A stretch of 64,000 nucleotides of DNA from Thermoplasmata archaeon (GCA_023269235.1 JAHFTW010000002.1:119294-183293), one strand, 5' to 3'. Shown: positions 53,827 to 64,000, counted from the first letter of the stretch. Notes: generated by a model from the sequence alone, not told the origin. Translations and numbers: made by a program.

Positions 53827-55863
53827 TTACATTCCCCAGAACTTGTCCTCTTTGCGCTTGACGCGCAGGAGCTCGAGGAGCGTGTCCTTCTCCTCGGGGC
53901 TGATTTTTCCTTCGGTGAGGAGCCATTTGGCGTCGCCCTCGGGGATGTCCATGTGGAACAGGTCGCCTTCCATGATCTGGCGCCCGATGGTGGGACCGTG
54001 CACCGAGATGGCGACCTCGTCGCCGAGCTTTGCCTCCTCCACGGTCTTCTTGTCCTTCTGGATGCTCTTGACGCGACCGATGGGCTTGCCGTCTTCTTTC
54101 ATCAGCATGCGGCCCGCAAGCAGCGTGCCGGCCAGCACGCGGACGCCGAAGACGGCGGGGTCGCGGCCGCGAAACGCGTTGCCGGGCAGGAAGCGAATCT
54201 TACAGGGGTGGACGTGCGTCTGGCGGTTGGCCGCCTCGAGCTTCCGCTTCTCGTCGGCGAGCCACTTGTCGTGGTTGTCGAGGAGCCCGTAGATGACGCG
54301 GTCGGTGAAGACGGTGAGCTCGCGCGCCTGGGCCTCGGCCTCGACGTCGGGGAGCATCTTGACGTTGAAGCCCAGCAAGATCCGCTGCAGCGGGTCCGTC
54401 ATGGCGGCGGCCTCGACGACGTCGCGGCGGCTGATGTCCCCGACCTCCGCTTTGCGGATGGAGACTTGGCGCTCCTTCAGAAGATTGGCGAGCGCCTCCA
54501 GGCCGCCGATGGTATCGGATTTGACGTAGATGCCCGTGTCGCGCAGCTCGACTTGCGGCTTGCTGGCAGCGGCGACCGCCTCGTAGGCGGCCTTGTTCTG
54601 CTCGGCGTCCTGGCGCACGACGCGCATGGGCGCCCCGGCGACGACCCCTTCGGCGTCGGGGATGAGGAGCTTGATGCCGGCCGCGGCGACGACCTCGTCG
54701 GCGGCGGTGAACGCCTTGCGGGCGTCGCGCATCTCGTCGAGCGGCGCGGGGCGCAGGAGGCCCTTGACCTTGCTGATGAGCGGCTCATTCTTGGTGCCGA
54801 GGAGGATGGTGTCCGACTTGCGGATTTTCCCTGCGTACAGGATGACGTCGAGGACGGTGCCGAGGCCCTTGTCCTGCTTGACTTCGAGGACGGTGCCTTC
54901 GCCGGGCAGCTCCTCGTCGGTCTCGAGGCGCGCCTCGAGGAACTTCTGCGCCAGGCCCACCAGCATCGCGAGGAGGTCTTGGATGCCTTCGCCCGAGCGC
55001 GCGCAGGTCGGGACGATGGCGATGTTCTTCGTGAAATCCGAGATGCGGTCGTAGCGCTCCGCGTTGAGGCCCTGCTCGTAGAGGGCGGCGATGAGGCGGT
55101 AGAATTTCTCGTCGAAGTTCGCCTGCGCGCTCGGGCCCTGGTCGCGGACGTTCAGGATGAACGGCTTGTCGGCCGTGACCCAGCCTTGGCAGCGGTCCAC
55201 CTTGTTCGCGGCCACGATGAACGGCGTCTTCGTGGAGCGCAGGATCTGGATGGCCTCCACGGTCTGCGGCATGAGGCCCTCGGTCATGTCCACGACGAGG
55301 ATGGCGATGTCGGCGAGTTGGCCGCCGCGGCGGCGCAGGCTGCTGAACGCGTGGTGGCCCGGCGTGTCAATGAAGAGAAGGCCGGGGACGGTGAACTTCT
55401 TGCCCTTCAGGACGGGGCCGCAGCGCTCGTAGATGGTGGCGAGCGGGACCTCGGAGGCGCCGATGTGCTGCGTGATGGCGCCCGCCTCGCGGTCGAACAC
55501 TTTCGTGCCGCGCACCTTGTCGAGAAGGCTCGTCTTGCCGTGGTCGACGTGCCCGAGGACGGACACGATGGGGTGGCGCGTGTAGGCGGTCGCGGACTTC
55601 GCGGTCAGGGACCCGAGCGCCTTCTCGACGTCGCCCTCGACGGCGGCCTTGGCCTGCTCCCTGGCCCGGGCGATGGACTCCTCGGAGGGCACGAGCGCGG
55701 CCGGCTGGGGCTCCTCCCGCTTGGGGGCCTCGGTAGGCTTTCCTTCGACCTTGGCCGGGGCGGGCGCCTCCGGCGCATCTTCGACCTGGTCGCCGAACTC
55801 CGCCTCCAGTTCCGCGGCGAGCTGATCCGCCAGCTTCTCCTCGGCTGTGCGGTCGTCGCCCAT
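53827..55863 (-). CDS. infB: Translation initiation factor aIF5B (IF2 homolog)
   Basis: IVSVLGHVDHGKTSLLDKVRGT G1 ... DTPGH ... AANKVD. About 678 aa. Confidence 0.9.
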   Translation of the reverse strand: MGDDRTAEEKLADQLAAELEAEFGDQVEDAPEAPAPAKVEGKPTEAPKREEPQPAALVPSEESIARAREQAKAAVEGDVEKALGSLTAKSATAYTRHPIVSVLGHVDHGKTSLLDKVRGTKVFDREAGAITQHIGASEVPLATIYERCGPVLKGKKFTVPGLLFIDTPGHHAFSSLRRRGGQLADIAILVVDMTEGLMPQTVEAIQILRSTKTPFIVAANKVDRCQGWVTADKPFILNVRDQGPSAQANFDEKFYRLIAALYEQGLNAERYDRISDFTKNIAIVPTCARSGEGIQDLLAMLVGLAQKFLEARLETDEELPGEGTVLEVKQDKGLGTVLDVILYAGKIRKSDTILLGTKNEPLISKVKGLLRPAPLDEMRDARKAFTAADEVVAAAGIKLLIPDAEGVVAGAPMRVVRQDAEQNKAAYEAVAAASKPQVELRDTGIYVKSDTIGGLEALANLLKERQVSIRKAEVGDISRRDVVEAAAMTDPLQRILLGFNVKMLPDVEAEAQARELTVFTDRVIYGLLDNHDKWLADEKRKLEAANRQTHVHPCKIRFLPGNAFRGRDPAVFGVRVLAGTLLAGRMLMKEDGKPIGRVKSIQKDKKTVEEAKLGDEVAISVHGPTIGRQIMEGDLFHMDIPEGDAKWLLTEGKISPEEKDTLLELLRVKRKEDKFWGM

Positions 55864-55884
55864 GCCGTGGCCGACTTGGGACCG

Positions 55885-56919
55885 CTATTTGCGGGTTTTG
55901 GGAACTCCCAAGTCCCGAACAAGAGGCGCGACCTCGGTTCCAAGGAGCTCGATGGACCGCCGTAGCCTGGCCTCCGGCATCCCGGCGATGTCCAGAGAAA
56001 CGAGCGTGCGCGAACTCCCGAACCATGTGTGCTGGAGGCGCAGCTTCGCCGCGACCTCACGGGGAGACCCGACGTAGAGCCCGCCGCGCGGGCCGGCCTC
56101 ATAGGCGTACTGTTCATGCGTCACCTCAAACCCTGCCATGCGGTTGCGTAGACCGCGCCTCCACTGCGCCACGTACAGCGGCTCGTGCAGGGCGCGCGCT
56201 TCTGTTCCATCGTCGGCCAAGAATCCCAACCCGGCAACCGCGACAGCCGGCGGCGCGTGCCCGGCCCGCACGGCCGCCGCGCGGTGCATGGCCGCGAAAG
56301 GGATGAACCGCTCCGGCCCGCCCAGGATGGCCAACGCCATCGGCAACCCCATGCGGCCGGCCCGTTCGGCGCTCGACGGCGTGCCGCCGACGCCGACCCA
56401 CACCGGCAGCGCCCCCTCGGCGCGCGGGGCGATCTCGGCCGCGTCGAGCGGGGAACGAAAACGGCCGCGCCACGACACAATGGGGGCGCCGTTGAGTTGT
56501 TGGAACAGTTCCAGGCCTTCGATGAACAGGTCATCCGAGTCGTCGAGGTCGCGCCCGAACAGTTGGAAACTCTCGATGAACGAGGCTCGGCCCATGATGA
56601 GCTCGGCCCGGCCCCCGGAGAGCAGGTCGAGGGTCGCGAAATCCTCGTAGACGCGAACGGGGTCAAGGGTGCCAATCAGGGTGGTCGCGCTCGTGAGGCG
56701 GATGCGTTGCGTCGCCGCGGCGATGGCGGCTAGCACGACGGCGGGGGATGAGATGGCCATGTCCAGGCGGTGGTGCTCCCCTGCCGCGAAGAGGTCGAGT
56801 CCGACCTCGTCGGCAAGGCGGGCCAACCGGACGGTGCGGTCCAGGACTTGGCGCGCGGTCGGAATCTCGCCGTCGGGGCCGGGGCCTTGCATGCCAAACG
56901 TCGAGACGCCCAGTTCCAT
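55885..56919 (-). CDS. Luciferase-like (LLM) flavin/F420-dependent oxidoreductase
   Basis: MELGVSTFGM...LFAAGEHH. LLM TIM-barrel family. Confidence 0.75.
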   Translation of the reverse strand: MELGVSTFGMQGPGPDGEIPTARQVLDRTVRLARLADEVGLDLFAAGEHHRLDMAISSPAVVLAAIAAATQRIRLTSATTLIGTLDPVRVYEDFATLDLLSGGRAELIMGRASFIESFQLFGRDLDDSDDLFIEGLELFQQLNGAPIVSWRGRFRSPLDAAEIAPRAEGALPVWVGVGGTPSSAERAGRMGLPMALAILGGPERFIPFAAMHRAAAVRAGHAPPAVAVAGLGFLADDGTEARALHEPLYVAQWRRGLRNRMAGFEVTHEQYAYEAGPRGGLYVGSPREVAAKLRLQHTWFGSSRTLVSLDIAGMPEARLRRSIELLGTEVAPLVRDLGVPKTRK

Positions 56920-57128
56920 CGTGGCGCCGAGGGGCCCCCACGTTCAAAGCGTTCGGCCCCCGGGCAGACCGGCAAGACGAGGGCCAGGAACTGTCCTAAA
57001 ACTCGAGGAGAGAATGCGCCCCCTCCATCGCGCCACGTCTTGCGCCGAGACGATGGATGCGGTCGTCGTGGCCGCTGTGGAATCCGTGCCTTGGGCAGTC
57101 GCTTGCCCGTCCTGCCAGGACCCCGCAA

Positions 57129-57150
57129 GAGGGGAGCTTTCACTCCCCTC
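57129..57150. other. Strong 8-bp-stem hairpin (gaggggag-ctttca-ctcccctc) in a 270-bp intergenic spacer
   Basis: Lies between the divergent LLM oxidoreductase and DUF488 genes. No coding capacity. No flanking T-tract. Confidence 0.3.
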
Positions 57151-57188
57151 CTGACAACCCACTTGGGCTTCGTGCCGGTGTTTGTCGC

Positions 57189-57689
57189 ATGAACGGACCC
57201 GGCCTCTACAGCATCGGCTACGGCAACCGCACGATGGGCGATTTCCTGGCCCTCCTGGAGGACCACGGCATCGGCACCGTCGTGGACGTGCGCTCCGTCC
57301 CATTCTCCTCATTCCACCCGGAGTTCGCCCGCGACCCGTTGCGCGCCACCCTCCAGGAGAGCGGCGTCGTGTACGCCTGGATGGGCGACACGTTGGGCGG
57401 CCGCTGCGGCGGGGCCGCTCCCTCCAACATTGCGTTCCGTTCCAGCCTGCGTCGCCTCGCGCTCATGGGCACCGACCGCCGCGTTGCGTTCCTGTGCGCC
57501 GAACTGCGCCCGGAGTCCTGCCACCGCGTCCGCATCGTCGGCGCGGCGCTCGAAGAGAACGGCGTCGCCGTTCGCCACATTGACGAGCATGGCCGCCTCC
57601 GCTCTCAGCGCGAGGTCGTGCACCGCCTCACGGGCGGGCAGGTCACGCTAGGCGCGGTGGTGGCGGAGCTGGCGGCTGTGGCGGCCTAG
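57189..57689 (+). CDS. DUF488-family protein
   Basis: LYSIGYGNRTMGDFLALLEDHGIGTVVDVRSVPFS matches the DUF488 N-terminal signature. Confidence 0.7.
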   Translation: MNGPGLYSIGYGNRTMGDFLALLEDHGIGTVVDVRSVPFSSFHPEFARDPLRATLQESGVVYAWMGDTLGGRCGGAAPSNIAFRSSLRRLALMGTDRRVAFLCAELRPESCHRVRIVGAALEENGVAVRHIDEHGRLRSQREVVHRLTGGQVTLGAVVAELAAVAA

Positions 57690-58024
57690 ACGCCGGGGCG
57701 GCGGCTGGCGAGCGAAGCCAGGTCGTCGTTCCATCCCTTGCGGATCCGAGCGAGCCCTTGTTGGACCGGGAGGGCGGCGACGATCCGCTTGACGCCGTCT
57801 GCCTTGCTCCACACCTCGAGTCGCACGCGGGCTCCTCCGTCTGTGCCTGGGACGACGGTCCATTTGCCGTGGAACCACCAGGCGCCCTCGACCCAGAGGG
57901 CACGCTCGGCATCGTCGTGGTGGACGATGGTGACCCCGTCGCTCTTGGTCTCGGAGGCGAGCTTGGCGAAGACAGCGTCGGGCTCGGACGGGACGTCGCC
58001 CTCGAAGGTCCGCACGAGGCGCAT
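57686..58024 (-). CDS. SRPBCC-superfamily (polyketide cyclase/AHSA1-like) small protein
   Basis: 112 aa, beta-rich, with Trp-rich WVEGAWWFHGKW segment. Convergent 4-nt overlap with the DUF488 gene. Confidence 0.4.
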   Translation of the reverse strand: MRLVRTFEGDVPSEPDAVFAKLASETKSDGVTIVHHDDAERALWVEGAWWFHGKWTVVPGTDGGARVRLEVWSKADGVKRIVAALPVQQGLARIRKGWNDDLASLASRRPGV

Positions 58025-58026
58025 GG

Positions 58027-58479
58027 TTACTCGAAGAGGAACTCGTCGCCGGCGCGCTTGTACTGGGCGCCGCCCTTGGGGAACCAGAGGCCAAGCTCGA
58101 AGGCGGCGGTCTCGGCGGAGTCGGAGCCGTGGATGATGTTGCGGCCGATGTGCTGGCCGAAGTCGAAGCGGATCTCGCCGGGCTTGCCCGCGACCGGGTT
58201 CGTGGCGCCCATGAGGGCGCGGCTGACGGCGATGGCGGACTCGCCCTCGACCATCATGGGGACGACGGGGCCGCTCGTCATGTACTTCACGAGGCCGGGG
58301 TAGAAGGGGCGGGCCTTGTGGACCTCGTAGTGCTTCTCGATGGTGGCCGGGTTCGGCATCTCGAGGCGCATCGCCTTGATCTTGAGGCCCTTCTGCTCGA
58401 AGCGCTGCACGATGGCGCCGACGAGGCCGCGCTGGACCGCATCCGGCTTGATCATGACGAAGGTCGTTTCGAGGGCCAT
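58027..58479 (-). CDS. ndk: Nucleoside diphosphate kinase
   Basis: ETTFVMIKPDAVQRGLVG ... NIIHGSDS (active His). Confidence 0.9.
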   Translation of the reverse strand: MALETTFVMIKPDAVQRGLVGAIVQRFEQKGLKIKAMRLEMPNPATIEKHYEVHKARPFYPGLVKYMTSGPVVPMMVEGESAIAVSRALMGATNPVAGKPGEIRFDFGQHIGRNIIHGSDSAETAAFELGLWFPKGGAQYKRAGDEFLFE

Positions 58480-58534
58480 GGCGGCGCCGACTTGGGGCCT
58501 CCCTTTGAGGCTTGTGCCGACGCAGGCGATTCGC

Positions 58535-58861
58535 TCAGAAGGAACGGTAGAGGGCGAAATGGCTCCCGGCCCATCCGGCCATGCCGATGACCACGTCGGC
58601 GGCGATGTTGAGCCGGGACTCGTGCTCGAAGATGCCGGCACCATGCCGGACGCGGCGTAATCCCGCCTCGAAGACCTCGTACCCTGCCAAGAGAATCAAC
58701 GCGACCCACCACGGAAATGGAAGAAGACCGAGGCCCAGGCCGGAGGCGGTGTGGACCAAGCTCCACGCATCCAAGGGCCCGACGCCGGGCTTCGGGCGCC
58801 ACCACGGCCGGTCCGGCGCGACCTGGCTGGACGTCCTTTGCGTCGCTGAGGTCTTCACCAC
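58535..58861 (-). CDS. Hypothetical small membrane protein
   Basis: Two or three hydrophobic helices. High GC3. Start uncertain. Confidence 0.3.
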   Translation of the reverse strand: MVKTSATQRTSSQVAPDRPWWRPKPGVGPLDAWSLVHTASGLGLGLLPFPWWVALILLAGYEVFEAGLRRVRHGAGIFEHESRLNIAADVVIGMAGWAGSHFALYRSF

Positions 58862-58897
58862 GACCGCTAGAAGGGCGCGCCGCGCATCAACGTTCCG

Positions 58898-59170
58898 TCA
58901 CCGGATGACTCGGAACCCGACGGCGCCTTCCCCGGCCTCTTCTCGGCAGTCCAACCGGATGACCACCGCGTCGGGCGGCCCGCGCCGGCACCACTCCTCC
59001 ACGGCCTGCACCGCCGGGCTGAGGCCTTCCAGCACGGCCTCGACGCGCCCGTCCGGAAGGTTGCGCGTCCACCCCGCGACCCCCCGCCGCTCCGCCTCGC
59101 GCCGCAAGGACTCGCGGAACATCACGCCCTGCACTGTGCCGGAGACCCACAGATGGAGCCGAAGGGTCAC
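58898..59170 (-). CDS. acyP: Acylphosphatase
   Basis: VSGTVQGVMFR signature ... GWTRNLPDGRVE. Likely GTG start at 59170. The ATG-defined ORF extends to 59311. Confidence 0.75.
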   Translation of the reverse strand: MTLRLHLWVSGTVQGVMFRESLRREAERRGVAGWTRNLPDGRVEAVLEGLSPAVQAVEEWCRRGPPDAVVIRLDCREEAGEGAVGFRVIR

Positions 59171-59304
59171 GCGGCGCCGACCGCCCCGGTCCTGATAGGG
59201 CCGACGGAGCCTCCGGTGCTTCGCGTGGCCAGGTCCAACCAACCCGAACCGGTCCACCCTATCCTTGAACACGCTCGGGAATAGCTTGATGCGCAAAGAG
59301 GCGG

Positions 59305-60897
59305 ATGCCAAGGCGCCCTATGGCTGACCTGGCCCGCCCAGCCATCGTGGCGCCCCCCACGCCGCGGCAAGCCGAGGTCCTGACCCCCGCCGCCCTCGAC
59401 CTCCTCGGCGCGCTGCATGCGCGCTTCGAGCCCGACCGCCAACGCTGCCTCGCCGCGCGCTCCGCCGCGCAGGCGCGCTTCGACCGCGGCGAGCTTCCCA
59501 CGTTCCTGGAGGAGACACGCGAGGTGCGCGAGGCGAGCTGGACCGTCCGCCCCGCGCCCGCCGACCTCACCCGCCGCATCGTGGAGATCACCGGCCCCTG
59601 CGACCGCAAGATGATGGTCAACGCCCTCAACTCCGGCGCCGACTGCTTCATGGCGGACCTCGAGGACGCCACGAGCCCAACGTGGACGAACCTGGTCTCC
59701 GGGCAAGCGAACCTGATGGACGCGGTGCGCGGCCGCCTCGAACACACGAGCCCCGAGGGCCGCCGCTACACCGTCGGCGCGACGCCTGCTGTCCTGTTGG
59801 TACGGCCGCGCGGATGGCACTTGCCCGAACCGCATGCGCGCGTCGCAGGCGAACCGATGTCGGGGAGCCTCTTCGATGCCGGCCTGTTCCTCGTCCACAA
59901 CGCCGCGGCCCTCGTCGCCCAAGAAACCGGGCCCTACCTCTACCTCCCGAAACTGGAGAGCCACGACGAGGCCAGCCTGTGGGACGCCGTGCTTGCCTTC
60001 TGCGAAGAACGGCTCGGTCTCCCCGTGGGCACCGTCCGCGTCACCGTCCTCGTCGAGACGCTGCCCGCCGCGTTCCAGATGGAGGAAATCCTGTGGGCGC
60101 TGCGCGGCCGCTGCGTCGCCCTCAACGCGGGCCGCTGGGACTACCTCTTCTCCGCGCTCAAGGTCCACCGCGCCCACCCTGTCGCGTTGCCCGACCGCGA
60201 CCGCGTCACGATGGAGGCGCCGTTCCTGCGCGCCTACGCCCGCCTGCTCGTCGCGACCTGCCACAAGCGCGGCGCCCATGCCCTGGGCGGCATGGCCGCG
60301 TTCCTCCCGAACCGCCGTGACCCTGACGCGACCGTCGCCGCGGTGCGCAAGGTCCGCGAGGACAAGGAGCGCGAAGCGGAGGATGGTTTCGACGGCACCT
60401 GGGTCGCGCACCCCGACCTCGTCCCCGTCGCGCGCGCCGCCTTCGAACGCCGCCTGCGCGGCGCACCCAATCAACTTGAGCGCACCCCGACCGTGGTGCG
60501 CGACGCGGCCGCCCTGCTGGACCTGCGCGTCCCCGGCGCCGCGACCGAGGCGGGCGTCCGCCACAACCTGCGCGCGGCGCTCCTGTACCTCGCGGCCTGG
60601 CTCGACGGCACTGGCGCGGTCGCGCTGGACAACCGCATGGAGGACGCCGCCACCGCCGAGATCTCGCGCACGCAGCTCTGGCATTGGCGCCATCACGCCG
60701 CACGCCTCGCGGACGGTCGCACGGTGGACCCCCCGCTCCTGCTCGCTTGGCTCGAGGACGAAGAGGAGTCAGCACGCATGGCGGGCGCGCCGCACCGCCT
60801 CGCCGACGCGGTGGCCCTGCTGCGCCAGGCCCTCCTCGCCCCAGAGCTTCCCCCCTTCCTCACCCTCCTCGCCCTAGACCAGTTGGAGACCCCATGA
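59305..60897 (+). CDS. aceB: Malate synthase (A-type)
   Basis: ...[14 protein letters not shown]... and C-terminal catalytic region. 530 aa. Confidence 0.85.
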   Translation: MPRRPMADLARPAIVAPPTPRQAEVLTPAALDLLGALHARFEPDRQRCLAARSAAQARFDRGELPTFLEETREVREASWTVRPAPADLTRRIVEITGPCDRKMMVNALNSGADCFMADLEDATSPTWTNLVSGQANLMDAVRGRLEHTSPEGRRYTVGATPAVLLVRPRGWHLPEPHARVAGEPMSGSLFDAGLFLVHNAAALVAQETGPYLYLPKLESHDEASLWDAVLAFCEERLGLPVGTVRVTVLVETLPAAFQMEEILWALRGRCVALNAGRWDYLFSALKVHRAHPVALPDRDRVTMEAPFLRAYARLLVATCHKRGAHALGGMAAFLPNRRDPDATVAAVRKVREDKEREAEDGFDGTWVAHPDLVPVARAAFERRLRGAPNQLERTPTVVRDAAALLDLRVPGAATEAGVRHNLRAALLYLAAWLDGTGAVALDNRMEDAATAEISRTQLWHWRHHAARLADGRTVDPPLLLAWLEDEEESARMAGAPHRLADAVALLRQALLAPELPPFLTLLALDQLETP

Positions 60898-62228
60898 CCG
60901 ACCTCGCCCCCGAGATGACCAAGCAAGCCGAGCAACTGCGCCGCGACTGGGAGACGAACCCGCGCTGGACCGGCGCCCGCCGCGACCACTCGGCCAACGA
61001 CGTCGTGCGCCTGCGCGGAAGCCTGCAGTTCGACTACCCCGTGGCTCGGCACGGCGCAAAGCGGTTGTGGGACCTCGTCACGAAGGAGCCCTATGTCCCA
61101 GCGCTAGGCGCGGTGACCGGGAACCAGGCCATCCAGATGGCGCGCGCCGGCCTCAAGGCCATCTACCTCTCGGGCTGGCAGGTCGCCGCCGACAACAATC
61201 TCGCCGAGCAGATGTACCCCGACCAGAGCCTATACCCCGCGAACTCGGTGCCTGCCGTCATCCGCCGCATCAACAACTCCTTGCGCCGCGCCGACCAGAT
61301 CGAGTGGTCCGAGGGCAAGCTGACGCGCGACTGGTTCATCCCCATCCTCGCGGACGCGGAGGCCGGCTTCGGGGGCCCGCTCAACGCCTTCGAGCTCATG
61401 AAGGCCATGATCGAAGCGGGCGCCGCCGGCGTCCACTGGGAAGACCAGCTCGCGTCCGAGAAGAAGTGCGGCCACCTCGGCGGCAAGGTCCTCATCCCGA
61501 CGAACCAGCACATCCGCACCCTCAAGGCCGCGCGCCTCGCCGCCGACGTCATGGGCGTCCCGACGCTTATCGTGGCGCGCACCGACGCCCGCGCCGCGAC
61601 ACTCCTGACCTCCGACGTGGACCCCAACGACCACGCCCATGTCACCGGCGAGAAGACCCCCGAAGGCTACCTGCGCGTCAAGCCGGGGCTGGAGCACGCC
61701 ATCGCGCGCAGCAACCTCTACGCGCCCTACGCGGACCTGCTGTGGTGCGAGACCTCCACGCCCGACATGGACGAGGCGCGCGCCTTCGCCGACGCGGTCC
61801 GCCGCAAGCACCCCGGAAAGATGCTGGCGTACAACTGCAGTCCATCGTTCAACTGGAAGAAGCACCTCTCGGACGCGCAGATCGCGCGCTTCCAGGACGA
61901 GCTGGCCGCGATGGGCTACAAGTTCCAGTTTGTGACCCTCGCCGGCTTCCACGCCCTCAACGAGTCCATGTTCGAGCTCGCGCACGGCTACGCGCGCGAG
62001 GGCATGACCGCGTACGTGCGCCTCCAGGAGGCCGAGTTCGCCCTCGAGAAGAAGGGCTACACGGCCACGAAGCACCAGCGCGAGGTGGGCACAGGCTACT
62101 TCGACGAAGTGTACACCGCCATCTCGGGCGGCTTGCACTCCACGAAGGCGATGCACGGCTCGACGGAGAGCGAGCAGTTCCACGTTGACCCGAAGGCCAA
62201 GGTGCCCGCGAAGAACGGCCACGCCTGA
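60894..62228 (+). CDS. aceA: Isocitrate lyase
   Basis: KKCGHLGGK signature (K-[KR]-C-G-H). ATGA overlap with aceB. Confidence 0.9.
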   Translation: MTDLAPEMTKQAEQLRRDWETNPRWTGARRDHSANDVVRLRGSLQFDYPVARHGAKRLWDLVTKEPYVPALGAVTGNQAIQMARAGLKAIYLSGWQVAADNNLAEQMYPDQSLYPANSVPAVIRRINNSLRRADQIEWSEGKLTRDWFIPILADAEAGFGGPLNAFELMKAMIEAGAAGVHWEDQLASEKKCGHLGGKVLIPTNQHIRTLKAARLAADVMGVPTLIVARTDARAATLLTSDVDPNDHAHVTGEKTPEGYLRVKPGLEHAIARSNLYAPYADLLWCETSTPDMDEARAFADAVRRKHPGKMLAYNCSPSFNWKKHLSDAQIARFQDELAAMGYKFQFVTLAGFHALNESMFELAHGYAREGMTAYVRLQEAEFALEKKGYTATKHQREVGTGYFDEVYTAISGGLHSTKAMHGSTESEQFHVDPKAKVPAKNGHA

Positions 62229-62231
62229 GCG

Positions 62232-63008
62232 CTAATTCGGCGCGCGGTGGACTTGCCCGACGTGGGCCTGGTCGGTCGGGTAGAGCACCAGTTCCTGGAC
62301 ATTGACGTGCGGCGGGCGGCTGCACGCCCACAGGATGGTGTCGGCGACGTCCTCGGGCCTCAGGGGGCGCGTGTCCGCGTAGACGGCCTTCGCCTTTGCG
62401 GCGTCGCCCTTGTGGCGCACCAGGCTGAACTCGGTCTCCACCATGCCGGGCTCGATGTTCGTCACGCGGATGTTCTTGCCGAGGAGGTCCATGCGCAAGC
62501 CCTCGGTGAGCTTGACGACGGCGGCCTTCGTGGCCGCGTAGACGCCGCCGCCGGGGTAGGTCCAGCGCCCCGCGACGGAGCCCAGGTTGACGATGTGGCC
62601 GGAGCCCTTCTGGAGCATGTGCGGCACGACGGCCCGCGTCATGTACAGGAGGCCCATGACGTTGGTCTGCACCATCGCCTCCCAGTCGTCCAGCTCGCCT
62701 TCCTGGAGCGGGTCGCGGCCTAGGGCGAGGCCGGCGTTGTTGACGAGGATGTCCACGTCGAAGAGGTTCGGATGGTCCACCGTGATGCCCTCGATGTCGG
62801 GGCGGCTGCCCACGTCGAGCACGACGGCGGCGACGTCGCAACCGTACTTGTCCGACCAGGCCTTCGCCTTCTCCTGCAGCAGGTCCTCGCGCCGCCCCAC
62901 GACGATCAGTTCGGCGCAGCCGGCGCGGCAGAACGCCTCCGCGGTGGCGGCGCCGATGCCCGAGGTGGCGCCCGTTACCAGGATGCGCTTGCCGTCGAAG
63001 TCTCCCAT
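62232..63008 (-). CDS. Short-chain dehydrogenase/reductase (SDR)
   Basis: VTGATSGIG ... NNAG ... YAATKAA (YxxxK). Starts MGDFDGKRILV. Upstream ORF extension is spurious. Confidence 0.85.
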   Translation of the reverse strand: MGDFDGKRILVTGATSGIGAATAEAFCRAGCAELIVVGRREDLLQEKAKAWSDKYGCDVAAVVLDVGSRPDIEGITVDHPNLFDVDILVNNAGLALGRDPLQEGELDDWEAMVQTNVMGLLYMTRAVVPHMLQKGSGHIVNLGSVAGRWTYPGGGVYAATKAAVVKLTEGLRMDLLGKNIRVTNIEPGMVETEFSLVRHKGDAAKAKAVYADTRPLRPEDVADTILWACSRPPHVNVQELVLYPTDQAHVGQVHRAPN

Positions 63009-63080
63009 GGCCGCGCCGACGCGCGGGGGTTGGAAAACTGCGACGGTCGGTGGCCCGGCCGCGCCTCCCAGGTCGGCTTC

Positions 63081-64000
63081 ATGTGGCAGGAGGGAGTGGC
63101 CGCCGCGTTGGGCGTCAAACTGGGGGACCTGTTCCCCGCGCACCCGGTCCCGGCCGGCTGGTACGAGGGCAAGCGCATCGCCGTGGACGGCCACAACGTC
63201 GCGTTCCGCTACCTCACCTCGTTTCGCGGCAAAGACGGCGACGTGCTGCGCAACAAGGAGGGCAAGGCCATCGCCCACCTCGTCGGGTTCGTCAACCTCG
63301 TGCGGCACCTGCGCGAGCGCGGCGCGGAACCCATCGTCATCTGGGACGGCGACATCCACCCCAAGAAGCGCGCCACCGTGGAGGAGCGCATCGCCAAACG
63401 CGTCGAGGCCGCCCTCAACGCCCAGGACGCGCTCGAAGCGGGCGACAAGGACGCGTACGCGAAGTACCAGCGCATGACCACGTACCTGGATGGCGCCATG
63501 ATCCGCGACGCCACCTCCGTCCTCGAGGCGCTCGGGGTCGCCGTCGTGCGCGCCCCCCATGACGGGGAGCGCTACGCTGCCGCCTTGTGCCTTGCCGGCC
63601 ACGCCCACGCCGTGGCCACCGAGGACTACGACGCCCTCGTCGCGGGCGCCCCCACCGTCTTGCGCAAGGCGGGCTCGCAAGACCCCTGGCTTCACCACTT
63701 CAGCGATCTCGCCGCGCACGGCCTCACGCAGGAGCAGTTGCGCGCCGTCGCCATCCTGAGCGGCACCGACTGGCACCCCGGTGTCACGGGCTTTGGCGCC
63801 AAGACCGCCGCCAAGCTCGTCAAGGCACACGACCTGCGCTCCCTCCTGCGGGACGCCGACGCTGGGGCGGCGGGCAAGCACGCGGAGCGCTTCCGGGCGG
63901 ACGGCTTCACGCTGGCGCTCTTCGACGAACTCGACATCTACATCCGCGACCTCCCCCCGGCGCACGGGCCCCTCGCCCCCCGCCCCGACCCGGAACGGGC
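63081..64000 (+). CDS. fen1: Flap endonuclease FEN-1 (3'-truncated by window end)
   Basis: Translated by hand: GKRIAVDGHNVAFRYLTSFRGKDGDVLRNKEGKAIAHLVGFVN...IVIWDGDIHPKKRATVEER...SGTDWHPGVTGFGAKTAAKLV. Absent from the ORF track because it has no in-window stop. Confidence 0.8.
   Translation, partial: MWQEGVAAALGVKLGDLFPAHPVPAGWYEGKRIAVDGHNVAFRYLTSFRGKDGDVLRNKEGKAIAHLVGFVNLVRHLRERGAEPIVIWDGDIHPKKRATVEERIAKRVEAALNAQDALEAGDKDAYAKYQRMTTYLDGAMIRDATSVLEALGVAVVRAPHDGERYAAALCLAGHAHAVATEDYDALVAGAPTVLRKAGSQDPWLHHFSDLAAHGLTQEQLRAVAILSGTDWHPGVTGFGAKTAAKLVKAHDLRSLLRDADAGAAGKHAERFRADGFTLALFDELDIYIRDLPPAHGPLAPRPDPER

Noticed and set aside
53953-55965. 670-aa plus ORF antisense to aIF5B
   Set aside because: aIF5B on the minus strand has full G-domain motifs.
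59167-62222. Minus-strand ORFs (59167..60696, 61230..62222) antisense to aceB/aceA
   Set aside because: aceA carries the KKCGHLGGK signature on the plus strand.

Overview
High-GC archaeal chromosomal segment, about 50 protein genes and 3 tRNAs on both strands. The archaeal identity rests on ribosomal proteins L12/P1, P0, L1 and S6e, initiation factors aIF2-gamma and aIF5B, preQ0/archaeosine genes, TiaS and FEN-1. Proteins are not markedly acidic, so this does not look like a classical haloarchaeon; Thermoplasmatota-like is only a guess. Gene density is very high, with many 1- or 4-nt start/stop overlaps. Many long ORFs in the six-frame track are antisense or out-of-frame artefacts of the GC bias and were discarded. 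Main themes: (1) a two-component pair and a partial ribosomal L1-P0-L12 operon lacking L11. (2) A minus-strand operon encoding a decaprenyl-phosphate phosphoribosyltransferase-like UbiA enzyme, a HAD phosphatase, a hypothetical protein and a giant GT-C-type membrane glycosyltransferase, beside a divergent NAD-dependent sugar epimerase. I propose this is an archaeal counterpart of the actinobacterial lipid-linked arabinose (DPA) cell-wall pathway. (3) A GTP cyclohydrolase FolE2 gene next to divergent queD-queC-TerC-queE (preQ0/archaeosine). (4) A VapBC pair and tRNA-Ser followed by a conspicuously low-GC islet encoding a DUF3883-like nuclease protein and a DpnI-like methyl-directed restriction endonuclease. 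(5) aIF2-gamma with its PIN partner, MsrB, an acyl-CoA dehydrogenase, and DtxR upstream of an FTR1 iron permease with palindromic operators. (6) EtfB-EtfA linked to an HdrDE-like fused membrane Fe-S oxidoreductase. (7) Numerous secreted LAGC-lipobox lipoproteins: a BNR/sialidase-like protein, a metzincin, CarD-like and surface proteins. (8) tRNA-Cys, kptA and tRNA-Lys followed by a triplicated tRNA 3'-end/hairpin repeat array. (9) Heme A synthesis (ctaA-ctaB), a tandem pair of unknown paralogs, a cupredoxin, a glyoxylate shunt (aceB-aceA), NadE, Dph6, a nitrilase, Dus, TiaS, aIF5B, Ndk and FEN-1 (3'-truncated by the window).
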